Positions 36,377 through 45,110 of a stretch of DNA of 64,000 nt are shown one piece after another. Under the pieces are notes generated by a model, which saw only the letters and a program-made list of their open reading frames with translations, was not told the origin of the DNA and did no database searches. Made by a program: the position numbers and the translations under genes. How positions within the stretch are numbered: position 1 is the first letter of the stretch; each line of letters begins with the position of its first letter. The stretch comes from a virus: IMG/VR virus record IMGVR_UViG_3300048587_000983, one strand, 5' to 3'.

Positions 36377-36819
36377 CGTTTTTTCAAGCCCTTTCGACGC
36401 ACTTTAAGAGACAAAGCTCTTTGATTACAGACACTTGTGCCAGAGCCGCCTCCGACCTTGTCACCAAACGCTTTTTTGCGGAGACACTTTCGGTGACGCT
36501 TTTCCGGACATTTTTTGTAGTCATTTCAATGGGTTTGAAATTTGTCACCGCTGGCACCAGTGAAACCCGAAAAGTAGAAAGCCTATACGCGAAAAACATC
36601 GTTATCAGAGAACTTACCCACGGGAGGGGAGGGGGTGGAGGCTCACACGATTTAAAATTCTCGCACGCGATAGTTACCCAAAAATGCCGGTGACAGCGGT
36701 GACAATGGTGACAACGACTCGGAGAGAGATATATATATTTAATTTTATTGGATTTTAATTTCGCAAAACGCCCGGATTTTGTCACCGCACTTGTCACCGC
36801 TCAGCTCCTCCTGGTGACA
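36349..36819. repeat. array of 10 TGTCACC/GGTGACA heptamers around an AT-rich core (candidate origin or pac site)
   Basis: Exact copies at 36349, 36358, 36459, 36543, 36689, 36698, 36707, 36780, 36792, 36813; AT-rich 36727-36761. Confidence 0.85.
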
Positions 36820-36857
36820 CAGAGGGCAAACCGCCCCCTTATGCCGCAGTAATGGTG

Positions 36858-37727
36858 TCAATCTGTCTTGGATTTGGCTTTTTCCGCCACTTCCCGGAGC
36901 GTCTCCGAGTCGGGGGTCTCAAAGGTGGTCTCGACGAAGTCGAATTCGAGCTGCAGCGATTGGCTGAAGTCCGACTGATCGGCCGAGCGATATTTTTCGT
37001 ACTTGTCCGCGATCGCCAGCACCTGGCTAATCCACTCCCGCGCCTCTTTGGCAGATCCGGCGCCCCCGTCCTCAAGGTGGATGCGGGCCTTTTGGTAGGA
37101 TCGCGTTAAAAGCCCCTGGAGCATCGACGAGACCGAGACCTTGGCCGGAAGGTCGAGCTCCGACTTCAGGATGTCCAGCGGCTCGGTAAGGGCCAGGAAA
37201 TAGATTTTTTGCTCCTGGTCAGACACCCGCTTGAGATACCGGCGCCAGTCGGTCCTCGTCAGCCGCCGGGGGTCAAAGAAGACCCGCCGATAGAGGTCGA
37301 TGTGGACCTCCCGCAAAGGAGTGGCGAATTTGGCCTGGATCGCCTGGATGATATCGTGCGATTTGACGCCCTTCATGACGAGCGCGTTGATGGTCATGCG
37401 GAGCTTGGGGTCGTCGTGGATGTCGGTTGTCAGCTTCAACCGCATCCTGAACTCAGGTGTCACAAAAGGTTTTTCGCCCTGCCACAGTTCGAGGATATCA
37501 AGAACGCGCATCCAGTGAAGAAAATCCGCCCCGCCCTGGCTGCCGTTGGCGAGCTGACTTTGAACGCCAAGCGGAAGAGTCGAACGCACAAACTCGCACT
37601 GAAGATCGATCTCGCCCTGGGTTACGGGAGGCAGCATGAGAAGGGCAAGGTGCTCGTTGACCTCCTCTTCGACCACCATGTCCTTTGTGACGAGAAACCT
37701 CAGGTATAGTTCAAAAGGTGATGCCAT
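36858..37727 (-). CDS. hypothetical protein upstream of terL (possible terminase small subunit or DNA-binding protein)
   Basis: 289-aa helical ORF; the function is inferred from position only. Confidence 0.75.
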   Translation of the reverse strand: MASPFELYLRFLVTKDMVVEEEVNEHLALLMLPPVTQGEIDLQCEFVRSTLPLGVQSQLANGSQGGADFLHWMRVLDILELWQGEKPFVTPEFRMRLKLTTDIHDDPKLRMTINALVMKGVKSHDIIQAIQAKFATPLREVHIDLYRRVFFDPRRLTRTDWRRYLKRVSDQEQKIYFLALTEPLDILKSELDLPAKVSVSSMLQGLLTRSYQKARIHLEDGGAGSAKEAREWISQVLAIADKYEKYRSADQSDFSQSLQLEFDFVETTFETPDSETLREVAEKAKSKTD

Positions 37728-37736
37728 GGCCGCCCG

Positions 37737-38060
37737 CTAGGTGTGCGCTTTGCGGAATAGCTGTTCGAGCAGAGTTGCGCCGTCTCTCCCCCCAGCCAGA
37801 CGCTCGACCTCGCGCCCGTTTTTCAAAAGCACGATCGTCGGAAACGTCGTCACATGATGTTTCTGCGGCCTGAGAGGGTCTCGCTTCACCTCGACAAGGC
37901 GAACCTTTACGCTCGGATATTTACGGGAAAGGCGTCGAACATTGCCGCGGGCCGTCTCGCTCTCGCTCTCGCCGCTATCCCAAAAAAGCATTATGACGTG
38001 CTTTTTGAACTCGACCGGAGCCGCGGTTTTCCGCTCGAAGCCTTTCCAAAAGTAGCGCAT
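37737..38060 (-). CDS. thioredoxin-fold protein lacking CxxC, with FWxGFE leader
   Basis: MRYFWKGFERKTA; VIMLFW(DSGESES), VTTFPTIVLLKNGREVERLAG. Confidence 0.8.
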   Translation of the reverse strand: MRYFWKGFERKTAAPVEFKKHVIMLFWDSGESESETARGNVRRLSRKYPSVKVRLVEVKRDPLRPQKHHVTTFPTIVLLKNGREVERLAGGRDGATLLEQLFRKAHT

Positions 38061-38068
38061 CTTCCCTC

Positions 38069-40138
38069 TCAACCCGGCGCAATTTCCTGGGCCGACCTAA
38101 GCTTTTCAAGACCGTCGACCACCTCGATCAGCCTGTGCATCGACGTGCTGGCCGCCTCCTCGGGGATCTCTTTGAGCCCGATGCGGCTGGCGAGCAAACA
38201 GCTTGCAAGGCAGGAAATTGCAGCTTTCAGTTGTGGAATCTTTCCAATGAACTTAGCAATATTGTCAGGATTTACAAAGTTTAAAGCTAAAAGAGCGTCA
38301 ACCGTCTGCGCGTTGTCGATGTAAGAGGCCTCTTTCAAGAGGTCCCGGCGCAGAAGCGCGGCCACCTTTTCAGCCTTGTCGCGCAAGGGTTTTTTCGCAG
38401 CCAGCTTCTCCGAAGCAAGAGGCGGCGACGCAAGACCGTAGACCTCTGCGCGGCCGCGAACCTTTGCCTCCTTTATAACGCTGGCAATTTTCTCCCGACC
38501 GCAGCCGAGCGAGGCCAGAAGAAAACCTGCCTTTGCCTCGGAAAGAAGCGACTGGTCCCAGCCGATGGCCTGGGCATATTTCTGTGCGCCCTTGATCGAA
38601 AACTGTCCGTAGCCGGTCGATATCACATGAAGAGGAAGACCTTTTGGATTCTCTTCGGCTTCCTTGATCGCGTAGGATTCGAGCGTATCCGACACCGGGC
38701 CAAAGCTCTGCATGGGGACCCACTTCATGTTTCTCGGAAGCGTATGGTAGCCGTTCATCTCGGGCGTGATGCGGTGAAGCTCCATGGAGCCGTTGGTCCG
38801 GAGTTTGATCGGGCGGCCCATAAGATCGGCGCAAACCATTCGGTAGCCATAGGGCTCGGCCTCGATGACCCGGATCGTGACCGGGATTGTGGCCAGAGCG
38901 TGCGAAGCGTCAGGCTGATAGACGAACGTTCCCGTCTGCCCGACCTTTGGCGTTTCGTCGGGCATCCGAAAGTTGGTGTTCTTCACACGAACACCGGCGA
39001 TGCGCGGCTGGATGGTCGACATCGTTTTGCCGACAAAGATTTTGAGGTCAACCGGCTTCATATCAAAGTCGATGACTTTTGGAATAACCCAGCCCTCAAC
39101 AGTCACACCGGTTTTTGTTTTAACCCTGAAGGAGTCGAAGGTGGTCGCCTCCTCGACTATGGTTTGATCCTCCTGAGCCAGAATCACGTTGTCCTTGCCG
39201 CTCGGAAGGAGAAGAAACTTCTCTCCGTTCTGATCGACCTCATTCATCGTGTCTTCGACGTGATCGGAAATTTTTGAGACGAGCGAGTAGCAGTCATCGC
39301 GCGAGACAGGCCCCACAAGGCTTGGCGAGAAGACCTCGTCGCTATTTGAAAGGATCGAATACTTATCCGGACTCTCGCGGCGCAGCATGACGATGCTGTT
39401 TGGAATGAGCTTATCAGCACCCTGGCGGAACTCGTTCATGTTCACGCCCTGAAGATTGGCGATCTTTTTGATAAGCTTTGCGTGACCATGCTTGTGAAAA
39501 CCCGTCAGGTACTCGGGTTTTTTATTGAAAAAATCGAGGATTTTATCCCCATCCCCGACAGTCGGCGCGATCTCATCGATGAGAGGGTAGGAGGCGGTCT
39601 TCATGCCCTCCGGGATTTTCGAGACGATCGAAAGGACCTCGCCAATCGGATCCTCTTTTGCCCGCTCGGAGGCATAGGCGTAGCGGCCAAGCGAGGGCGG
39701 GTAGATTGCATTCCAGAGGTTCGCATCCTCGAAGCGCCCGAGGCCACCGTAGGTCGGAAACTCTTCGATCTTTTGAAAAGCCCCGGTTGTCATGAAGATT
39801 TCCTGGAACATCTGCGGGGTGAGAGGTAAAAGCTTTTGTTTGGCGATCATGACATCAAGGGGATAGAGCATGAAGTCTTTGACAATGATCGGAACGACGG
39901 CTGCCTTGTCGGTCGTGTTGATGATGATGGCGCCGGTCGCAGTTCCGTTCTCTTCGTCTTTTTTCTGAAACTTGACCATGACGCTCATTTCGCTCGCCAT
40001 GGGAACGCGCTCTTTAAACTTTTGGATAATTTCCTCGGGCCACTGCTCGAGATCGTTGCCGAGATGGGTGAGGCTTACATCCTGCACATCGGGCGCGTCG
40101 ATAAAAAGGTTCGCGGGCATGGTCATAGCTGTCTCCAA
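38069..40138 (-). CDS. large putative head/core protein rich in K-x-A motifs
   Basis: 689-aa ORF in the structural module, SD GGAG; KTAS, KYAQ, KIAS, KLAA, KVAA, KEAS. Confidence 0.8.
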   Translation of the reverse strand: METAMTMPANLFIDAPDVQDVSLTHLGNDLEQWPEEIIQKFKERVPMASEMSVMVKFQKKDEENGTATGAIIINTTDKAAVVPIIVKDFMLYPLDVMIAKQKLLPLTPQMFQEIFMTTGAFQKIEEFPTYGGLGRFEDANLWNAIYPPSLGRYAYASERAKEDPIGEVLSIVSKIPEGMKTASYPLIDEIAPTVGDGDKILDFFNKKPEYLTGFHKHGHAKLIKKIANLQGVNMNEFRQGADKLIPNSIVMLRRESPDKYSILSNSDEVFSPSLVGPVSRDDCYSLVSKISDHVEDTMNEVDQNGEKFLLLPSGKDNVILAQEDQTIVEEATTFDSFRVKTKTGVTVEGWVIPKVIDFDMKPVDLKIFVGKTMSTIQPRIAGVRVKNTNFRMPDETPKVGQTGTFVYQPDASHALATIPVTIRVIEAEPYGYRMVCADLMGRPIKLRTNGSMELHRITPEMNGYHTLPRNMKWVPMQSFGPVSDTLESYAIKEAEENPKGLPLHVISTGYGQFSIKGAQKYAQAIGWDQSLLSEAKAGFLLASLGCGREKIASVIKEAKVRGRAEVYGLASPPLASEKLAAKKPLRDKAEKVAALLRRDLLKEASYIDNAQTVDALLALNFVNPDNIAKFIGKIPQLKAAISCLASCLLASRIGLKEIPEEAASTSMHRLIEVVDGLEKLRSAQEIAPG

Positions 40139-40157
40139 TTTAAGGAAATCGTTTTTA

Positions 40158-40844
40158 TCATACTAGCTTACCGCCTGGCTGGCTAGGGATTCCGGCCACA
40201 GCGCCGCCTGGAGCCCCGGTCGTGACGAGAGGACTGCTGCTTGCAATCGTCGTCGTGAGCCAGACGCCCTCAAAGGTCATTTCAATGGTTTTGCCGATCG
40301 CTTTCACAAGAGGCTTTGACCGCGCCTGCGGGTTTTCAAGGTCCCACATGGGTGGCGTCAGCTGCTTTATCCAATCGTCGGCTATCCCGGCGATCGGCCC
40401 TCCGGCGCCAGCCGCCTTCAGCTGGGTCGGAAGGTTTTGGGCACTTACAGGGCCGGGGTTGATCGGCGTCGCCCCGCTCGTTCCGAGGTAGTTGAGTGAG
40501 CTGAATTTATAGGTCGTCGGCCAGCGGGTGAATTTTTCCGCGAGCACCGTGAGGAGCGCCTGGGTGAACATCACCTGCTCAGGCGAATCCTTTCCGAAAC
40601 TAGGTGCGGTGGCAACGAAGGGAGCCGACGTCATTACACCGCCAACCCCCGTACCGGCCCACGCTCCCACCCCTGCGCCCGTGATGATAAGGCTGTCGAA
40701 CAGGATTGAGTCCTGCCAGCTCTTCCAGGCTTTCTCCACAGCACCAAAAAGGCTTTCGATGTAGGAGACGCCCTCGGGCCCGAGAGGCATTCCGTAGAGT
40801 GCGATGGCCTGCTGGGCCATGGTCGATCCTGATGGCGCCGGCAT
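40158..40844 (-). CDS. Gly/Ala/Pro-rich virion protein (baseplate-associated?)
   Basis: 228-aa ORF with start overlapping the spike-gene stop. Confidence 0.7.
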   Translation of the reverse strand: MPAPSGSTMAQQAIALYGMPLGPEGVSYIESLFGAVEKAWKSWQDSILFDSLIITGAGVGAWAGTGVGGVMTSAPFVATAPSFGKDSPEQVMFTQALLTVLAEKFTRWPTTYKFSSLNYLGTSGATPINPGPVSAQNLPTQLKAAGAGGPIAGIADDWIKQLTPPMWDLENPQARSKPLVKAIGKTIEMTFEGVWLTTTIASSSPLVTTGAPGGAVAGIPSQPGGKLV

Positions 40845-42139
40845 TATTTCGATACCTTGACTGTGGTGGAAAACGGGACGAGCGGTGACCCTGTGAACGC
40901 GTTGATGGTTGACGGGTAGGTCAGCACGTTTTCAGTCGCGCCGGTACCTCCATCAAGCTCGATGGTGCCAAGTGCCTTTAGCTTGACGGGAGCTTTTGCC
41001 TCAAGGTTTACAGGCCCCAGCGACTGCACGTCGATCCCCGCCTTGGCGTCGATCTTCACCTTCTGAAGGGCAGTGAAGCTCATCTCGCCAGCATTGGAAA
41101 TCTTAACGGTGCCACCCGGCGCCGAGATCTCAAAATCCCCGGTGGCCAACGCATTGACCTTCACCAGTGGATTTGAGACCTCGATATCCCCGCTCTCCGT
41201 CAGCGACAGTTTGGATGTCGGATTCTTGACCTCCAAAGCCCCAGTCGCACTCAGATTGATTGTAATCAGACTATTTACGGCTACTTTAGCCGCACCTGTG
41301 GGAGAAATATCAAGCTCAAAATTTGGGATGGGACCGGACTTGAAGTTGTAGCTGCCGTCGGGGGAAATTTTTGTTCGTATCCCAATCGGTGTGCCGACGG
41401 GGGAGGGTGGGGATATTTGAAGCTCGTACACGCCGAGGTTTGAGATCGTTTCGGTGAAGCTCGGAAGTTGAACTCCCAGAACGCCAGGCACAGCAGGCCC
41501 TACCTGCCTCTTCCAGACGGTGGTGAGGTCAACCCCGCCGCGATCCTCAGTCATGATGAAGGTTCTAAGGAGGTCCCGTCGATACTCGGCCTTATGCACA
41601 GTGAGCTGGGTGATGGGATCTGATCCCCAGTCGATAGTCCCGCCGTCAGTCCTCAGTTGGTAGCGCCGGCAAAGATCGAAAATTGCCGAGCCTTTCGGGA
41701 TCATGGTCCGTCTTAATGTGTCGCTGCTTACGATCTCAATCGCCCCGTTCGATTTCACCGTAATTTTGTTGCCGGCAACGGTGGAGATGACCTTGTCACC
41801 CTCGATAAGCTTTGCTGGTTCATCGCCTGTGACCGTCGCAGCGTTTCGGGAGAGAGGCTTAAAAAAGCCAAAAATAAAAGGTTCGCCATCGACGTAAAAA
41901 ACAAGCCCTATCGAATTTTTGCGAGGTATTGAGGTGGACTCATCGCCTTCCGGATTACTATCTAGGTTGACCCACTGGCATCGAGGGATGTAATTATCAT
42001 TAAGACTACCCTTACCCAGAAATGTGACAACCGTGCAGTAGCGCTCCTTCGCAAAGACTTCGGTAATTCGTCCGAAGGCAAAACCGAAGGCCTGCTCCTC
42101 GCGGGTGGGATGCTCGCGCTCGTATATTGAAGCGTCCAT
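40844..42139 (-). CDS. Gp5/gpV/VgrG-like baseplate central spike protein
   Basis: N-terminal OB-fold pattern (FGRITEV...W......G.ES.IP...GLV) and C-terminal beta-helix repeats (I.IS.TG...V). Confidence 0.75.
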   Translation of the reverse strand: MDASIYEREHPTREEQAFGFAFGRITEVFAKERYCTVVTFLGKGSLNDNYIPRCQWVNLDSNPEGDESTSIPRKNSIGLVFYVDGEPFIFGFFKPLSRNAATVTGDEPAKLIEGDKVISTVAGNKITVKSNGAIEIVSSDTLRRTMIPKGSAIFDLCRRYQLRTDGGTIDWGSDPITQLTVHKAEYRRDLLRTFIMTEDRGGVDLTTVWKRQVGPAVPGVLGVQLPSFTETISNLGVYELQISPPSPVGTPIGIRTKISPDGSYNFKSGPIPNFELDISPTGAAKVAVNSLITINLSATGALEVKNPTSKLSLTESGDIEVSNPLVKVNALATGDFEISAPGGTVKISNAGEMSFTALQKVKIDAKAGIDVQSLGPVNLEAKAPVKLKALGTIELDGGTGATENVLTYPSTINAFTGSPLVPFSTTVKVSK

Positions 42140-42213
42140 TCCGGCATTTCTCCGTGCATTCTCATGGGGTTTCTGGTCAGTCCCGAGTATATAGCCTTAG
42201 GAGCCATTTGCCG

Positions 42214-42768
42214 ATGTCATTTCAAAAAACGATTTTATGCGGCGAGATCATCACCGACCCCGAGCTCAGATGGAACCAGGCGGGCGTCGCCTGCTGTGCG
42301 TTTCGCTTGAAGACGGCGGAGAGCTGGATCGGTCCGGACGGCAGCGTGCGCGAGGACGAAGAGAGGCATCGCGTGCTCGTGTGGGGAAAAGACGCAGAGC
42401 GCATCTCAAAGGATTTCAAAAAAGGCCACCTCGTAGTCGTCGAAGGTCGGAACAAAACAAGGGCCTGGAAGAGCGAGAACGGGGTCACGATCGACATCAC
42501 GGAGGTGGTGGCCGTACCTAACGGCGTAAGGTTTTGCGGAGGAGCCGCCCTCGCCGAAAGTCGCCCCGCACGACCCGAGGCTTTCCCGGCTCCTCGACAG
42601 GATCCGCCTCCTGAGAGCGCCAAACAACCGTCCCCGGCAGCTCCCGAGGCTGCGGTAAAAGAAGAAAAGCCTTCCGCTCCCAAAAAGAAGACTCCAATCA
42701 AAGCCGCCGCCCCCAAGCCCGACAAGGTTCCCGTGGACCTCGCCGTCGCAGACGATTTACCCTTCTGA
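42214..42768 (+). CDS. ssb: single-stranded DNA-binding protein
   Basis: L.GEI..DPELR, HRVLVWGK.AE, KGHLVVVEGR..TR.W, acidic tail DDLPF. Confidence 0.95.
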   Translation: MSFQKTILCGEIITDPELRWNQAGVACCAFRLKTAESWIGPDGSVREDEERHRVLVWGKDAERISKDFKKGHLVVVEGRNKTRAWKSENGVTIDITEVVAVPNGVRFCGGAALAESRPARPEAFPAPRQDPPPESAKQPSPAAPEAAVKEEKPSAPKKKTPIKAAAPKPDKVPVDLAVADDLPF

Positions 42769-42855
42769 TCGCCCGTAAACTTTACGGCTTGAGTTTTTCC
42801 GCAGGTCAGCCCAATATCGGGCTGGCGATGAATTAACACCGACCGAGGAATCAGT

Positions 42856-43179
42856 ATGAATTTGAGTGAGTTGACAGACCGAGTGGCCGCAGCTAGCGGA
42901 GCCAGCAAGGCTCAAACACGCGAGATAATCAAAACAACATTCGACGCCATGCAGCTTGAGGTCGCCAAGGGTGGCCGGGTTTGCATCGTCGGCTTTGGAA
43001 GTTTTTACCCCTTCGCCCGAAAAGAACGGGTGGGGCGTAACCCCCAGACGGGAGAAGAGGTAAAAATCCCGGCAGGCCCCGTGCCACGCTTTAAGCCGGG
43101 CAAGGAGTTCAAGGATACGATGGCCAAGGAGAGTCCGGCAAAAGCGCAGCGTCGCAAGGCCAACCGTAAAAAAGATTGA
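42856..43179 (+). CDS. hup: HU family DNA-binding protein with basic tail
   Basis: GFGSF...RKERVGRNPQTGEEVKIPA..VPRFKPGK. Confidence 0.95.
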   Translation: MNLSELTDRVAAASGASKAQTREIIKTTFDAMQLEVAKGGRVCIVGFGSFYPFARKERVGRNPQTGEEVKIPAGPVPRFKPGKEFKDTMAKESPAKAQRRKANRKKD

Positions 43180-43296
43180 AGGTGCACCGGAAGCTCCGGC
43201 TAATCCTTCCCTGTGAGTTTTCCGATAGAGTGCCAGTGCTCAATAGGCTAGGCTGATCTTAAGACCACCGAAGCTTTGCTGGGCAAGGAGGGCCGT

Positions 43297-43479
43297 ATGA
43301 ACGGTCTGACGACTGGCCTCCCTATTTTTCTGCGGCGCTTTCTTTGCCGCTTTCTCCCTCATTCCGACAGAAGGCTGGGCCCGGATCGAAACGAGCTGTG
43401 GGCAGACGGCGATCTGTCCCCCAGCACGGAAGTCTGCATCTGCAGGCGGTGTCTCAGAGTGAAGCGGAAACCTGCCTAG
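43297..43479 (+). CDS. small Cys-containing protein
   Basis: SD AAGGAGG; CICRRC. Confidence 0.55.
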   Translation: MNGLTTGLPIFLRRFLCRFLPHSDRRLGPDRNELWADGDLSPSTEVCICRRCLRVKRKPA

Positions 43480-43661
43480 CCCCTTCTTTTTTCAAAGCCT
43501 CGCCAGAAAGCTTTTTTCTCTTCGTGATCTTCATGGAGACCGACCTTGGCTTCGAGCTTTTGCTCTTTCGGGCTTTCCGCAGCTTCCTGCTCCTTTGATT
43601 CCCGCCGCTCATGGCTCAGAAGGAGCGCTTTCAGATCTTTCTTCGACACATCGTCTCTCAT
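43476..43661 (-). CDS. small charged protein with C-terminal FWxGFEKR motif
   Basis: ATGA overlap with the SNF2 stop; ends AFWRGFEKRRG. Confidence 0.65.
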   Translation of the reverse strand: MRDDVSKKDLKALLLSHERRESKEQEAAESPKEQKLEAKVGLHEDHEEKKAFWRGFEKRRG

Positions 43662-45088
43662 GGCTTTTCGCTTCCTTTTTCACGGAGAATATTCAAAAAC
43701 TGGTCGTTCAGAGCATCCTTTTGCGCCGAGAGCATGTCGAGGTACTCATCCACACCAGAGTCCGCTTTCCTGCGTAAAACTCTCTGCAGGAAGGTTTTTG
43801 GAACGGTCGAATGGAACTTCTGAACATGGACATTCCTCTCTTCCGGCGGAAGGTGCTCATGGCTTTTAAAGCGGACGCCCCGGCCCTCAGCCTGCTCCAG
43901 CCGTGAGGTGTTCCAGTGCGGTTCCAAAAGCTGCATCAATTTTGTGCCTTTGAGGTCCAGGCCTTGAGCGCCTGCGCCAGAGATGAGGAGGGCCTTTGCT
44001 CGTCCGGCATTATAATCCTCCACCGCTTGCTTTCGTTTCGCATCAGAGAGTGTCCCGTCAAATACAGCGTGTGGAACACCAAGATTGGCAAGATGTCGCG
44101 CATATTCCTTCACTCCGGAATCGAGGTAGTTTGAGTAGACGACCGCCTTGAAGTTAGGGTCTTTTTGCATACGTTTTTGGAACTCGTCGATCGCCCGCTG
44201 AATTTTTGGAGAAGTCTCCGTTCCCCCAAACCCTCTCGTGCTATTTGATATTTGCCGCGGTCCGGAAAGGAAGGAATTGAGCGACTTGCTCTCCTGTTTG
44301 TTTGGCGGCAAGCCTCGACGAATCTTATAACGAAGCCCAGGACCTGCCTTGTCGAGGACGAAGTCGTAATATTTCATCTGCTCGGCATTCATCGGGACCT
44401 GGATCGTCTCGCGGCTCACAGCGGGAAAGTTCTCCCGCGCCGGCGCGTGATAGTCCACATAGCCCTTCACGAGATCAGCGAAGCGCTCGGGGTTTTTGAT
44501 TTTGTACTCGACCCCTGGTTTTGCCCCATGAAAGATTCGGGCCAGGAGTCCGGGGCTTTTCATGACCTCTGCTATGAAGGCCTTGTCGAAGGCCTTGGGG
44601 TCGGACGGTATTTTCGTATCGCCACGCACCATGGCCATAAGAGGGCCGATCTCGTGCGGGTAGTTGCGGATAGGAGTGCCTGTGAGAAGAATCCGCTTGT
44701 CGTAATCGCGCGCCTTTTGAATCATCTCCTGAGTCCGCTTGCTGTCGGTGCGACCGAGCATGTGGGCCTCATCGACCACAAGAGCGTGGCCCGTAGGTGG
44801 CGTCTTCACGGCCTTTTCGTAGCTCATGATGTTCGGCTTGTGGCCAGTCGTATGCTTTTGTACCTCTTTCGCATAGTTCTGACGAAGAGCCGCTGGTACA
44901 ACGACATCGGTTTCGTCACCTTGCGTCGCGGCCAGGGAGGTGAGCGTCTTGCCGCTTCCAAGGCCGTGATAGACAAGAACGCCCGGCTTTTTACCGAGCC
45001 TTTGCTGAACGCGGATCTGCTGCGGCTCCAGCTTGGTTGTGGTTTTTAGTTTGGCTCTCTTCTCAAAACCCAGCCAGAAGCTGTGCAT
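43658..45088 (-). CDS. SNF2/SWI2-like superfamily 2 helicase/translocase with FWxGFEK leader (476 aa)
   Basis: HGLGSGKT, VVDEAH, LTGTP, GAQGLDL, EPHWN..EQAEGRGVR; SD GGAGGAG before ATG 45088. Confidence 0.92.
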   Translation of the reverse strand: MHSFWLGFEKRAKLKTTTKLEPQQIRVQQRLGKKPGVLVYHGLGSGKTLTSLAATQGDETDVVVPAALRQNYAKEVQKHTTGHKPNIMSYEKAVKTPPTGHALVVDEAHMLGRTDSKRTQEMIQKARDYDKRILLTGTPIRNYPHEIGPLMAMVRGDTKIPSDPKAFDKAFIAEVMKSPGLLARIFHGAKPGVEYKIKNPERFADLVKGYVDYHAPARENFPAVSRETIQVPMNAEQMKYYDFVLDKAGPGLRYKIRRGLPPNKQESKSLNSFLSGPRQISNSTRGFGGTETSPKIQRAIDEFQKRMQKDPNFKAVVYSNYLDSGVKEYARHLANLGVPHAVFDGTLSDAKRKQAVEDYNAGRAKALLISGAGAQGLDLKGTKLMQLLEPHWNTSRLEQAEGRGVRFKSHEHLPPEERNVHVQKFHSTVPKTFLQRVLRRKADSGVDEYLDMLSAQKDALNDQFLNILREKGSEKP

Positions 45089-45110
45089 TACCGTTTCTCC
45101 TCCGGAAGAT

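Noticed and set aside
36384-36797. 137-aa ORF (MTSAVTK...) and its antisense 108-aa ORF
   Set aside because: The translation just reflects the TGTCACC repeats and AT/purine runs (CHHCHRCHR, PPPPP); treated as non-coding.
40844-40920. Spike C-terminus lacking an HxH iron-binding motif as a novelty
   Set aside because: Many Gp5/VgrG spikes lack it and use a separate tip protein; not distinctive without a structure.
33017-43212. Shared 11-mer AATCCTTCCCT in two intergenic regions (33017 and 43202)
   Set aside because: One 11-mer match among a few kb of intergenic DNA is within chance expectation, and no further copies were found.
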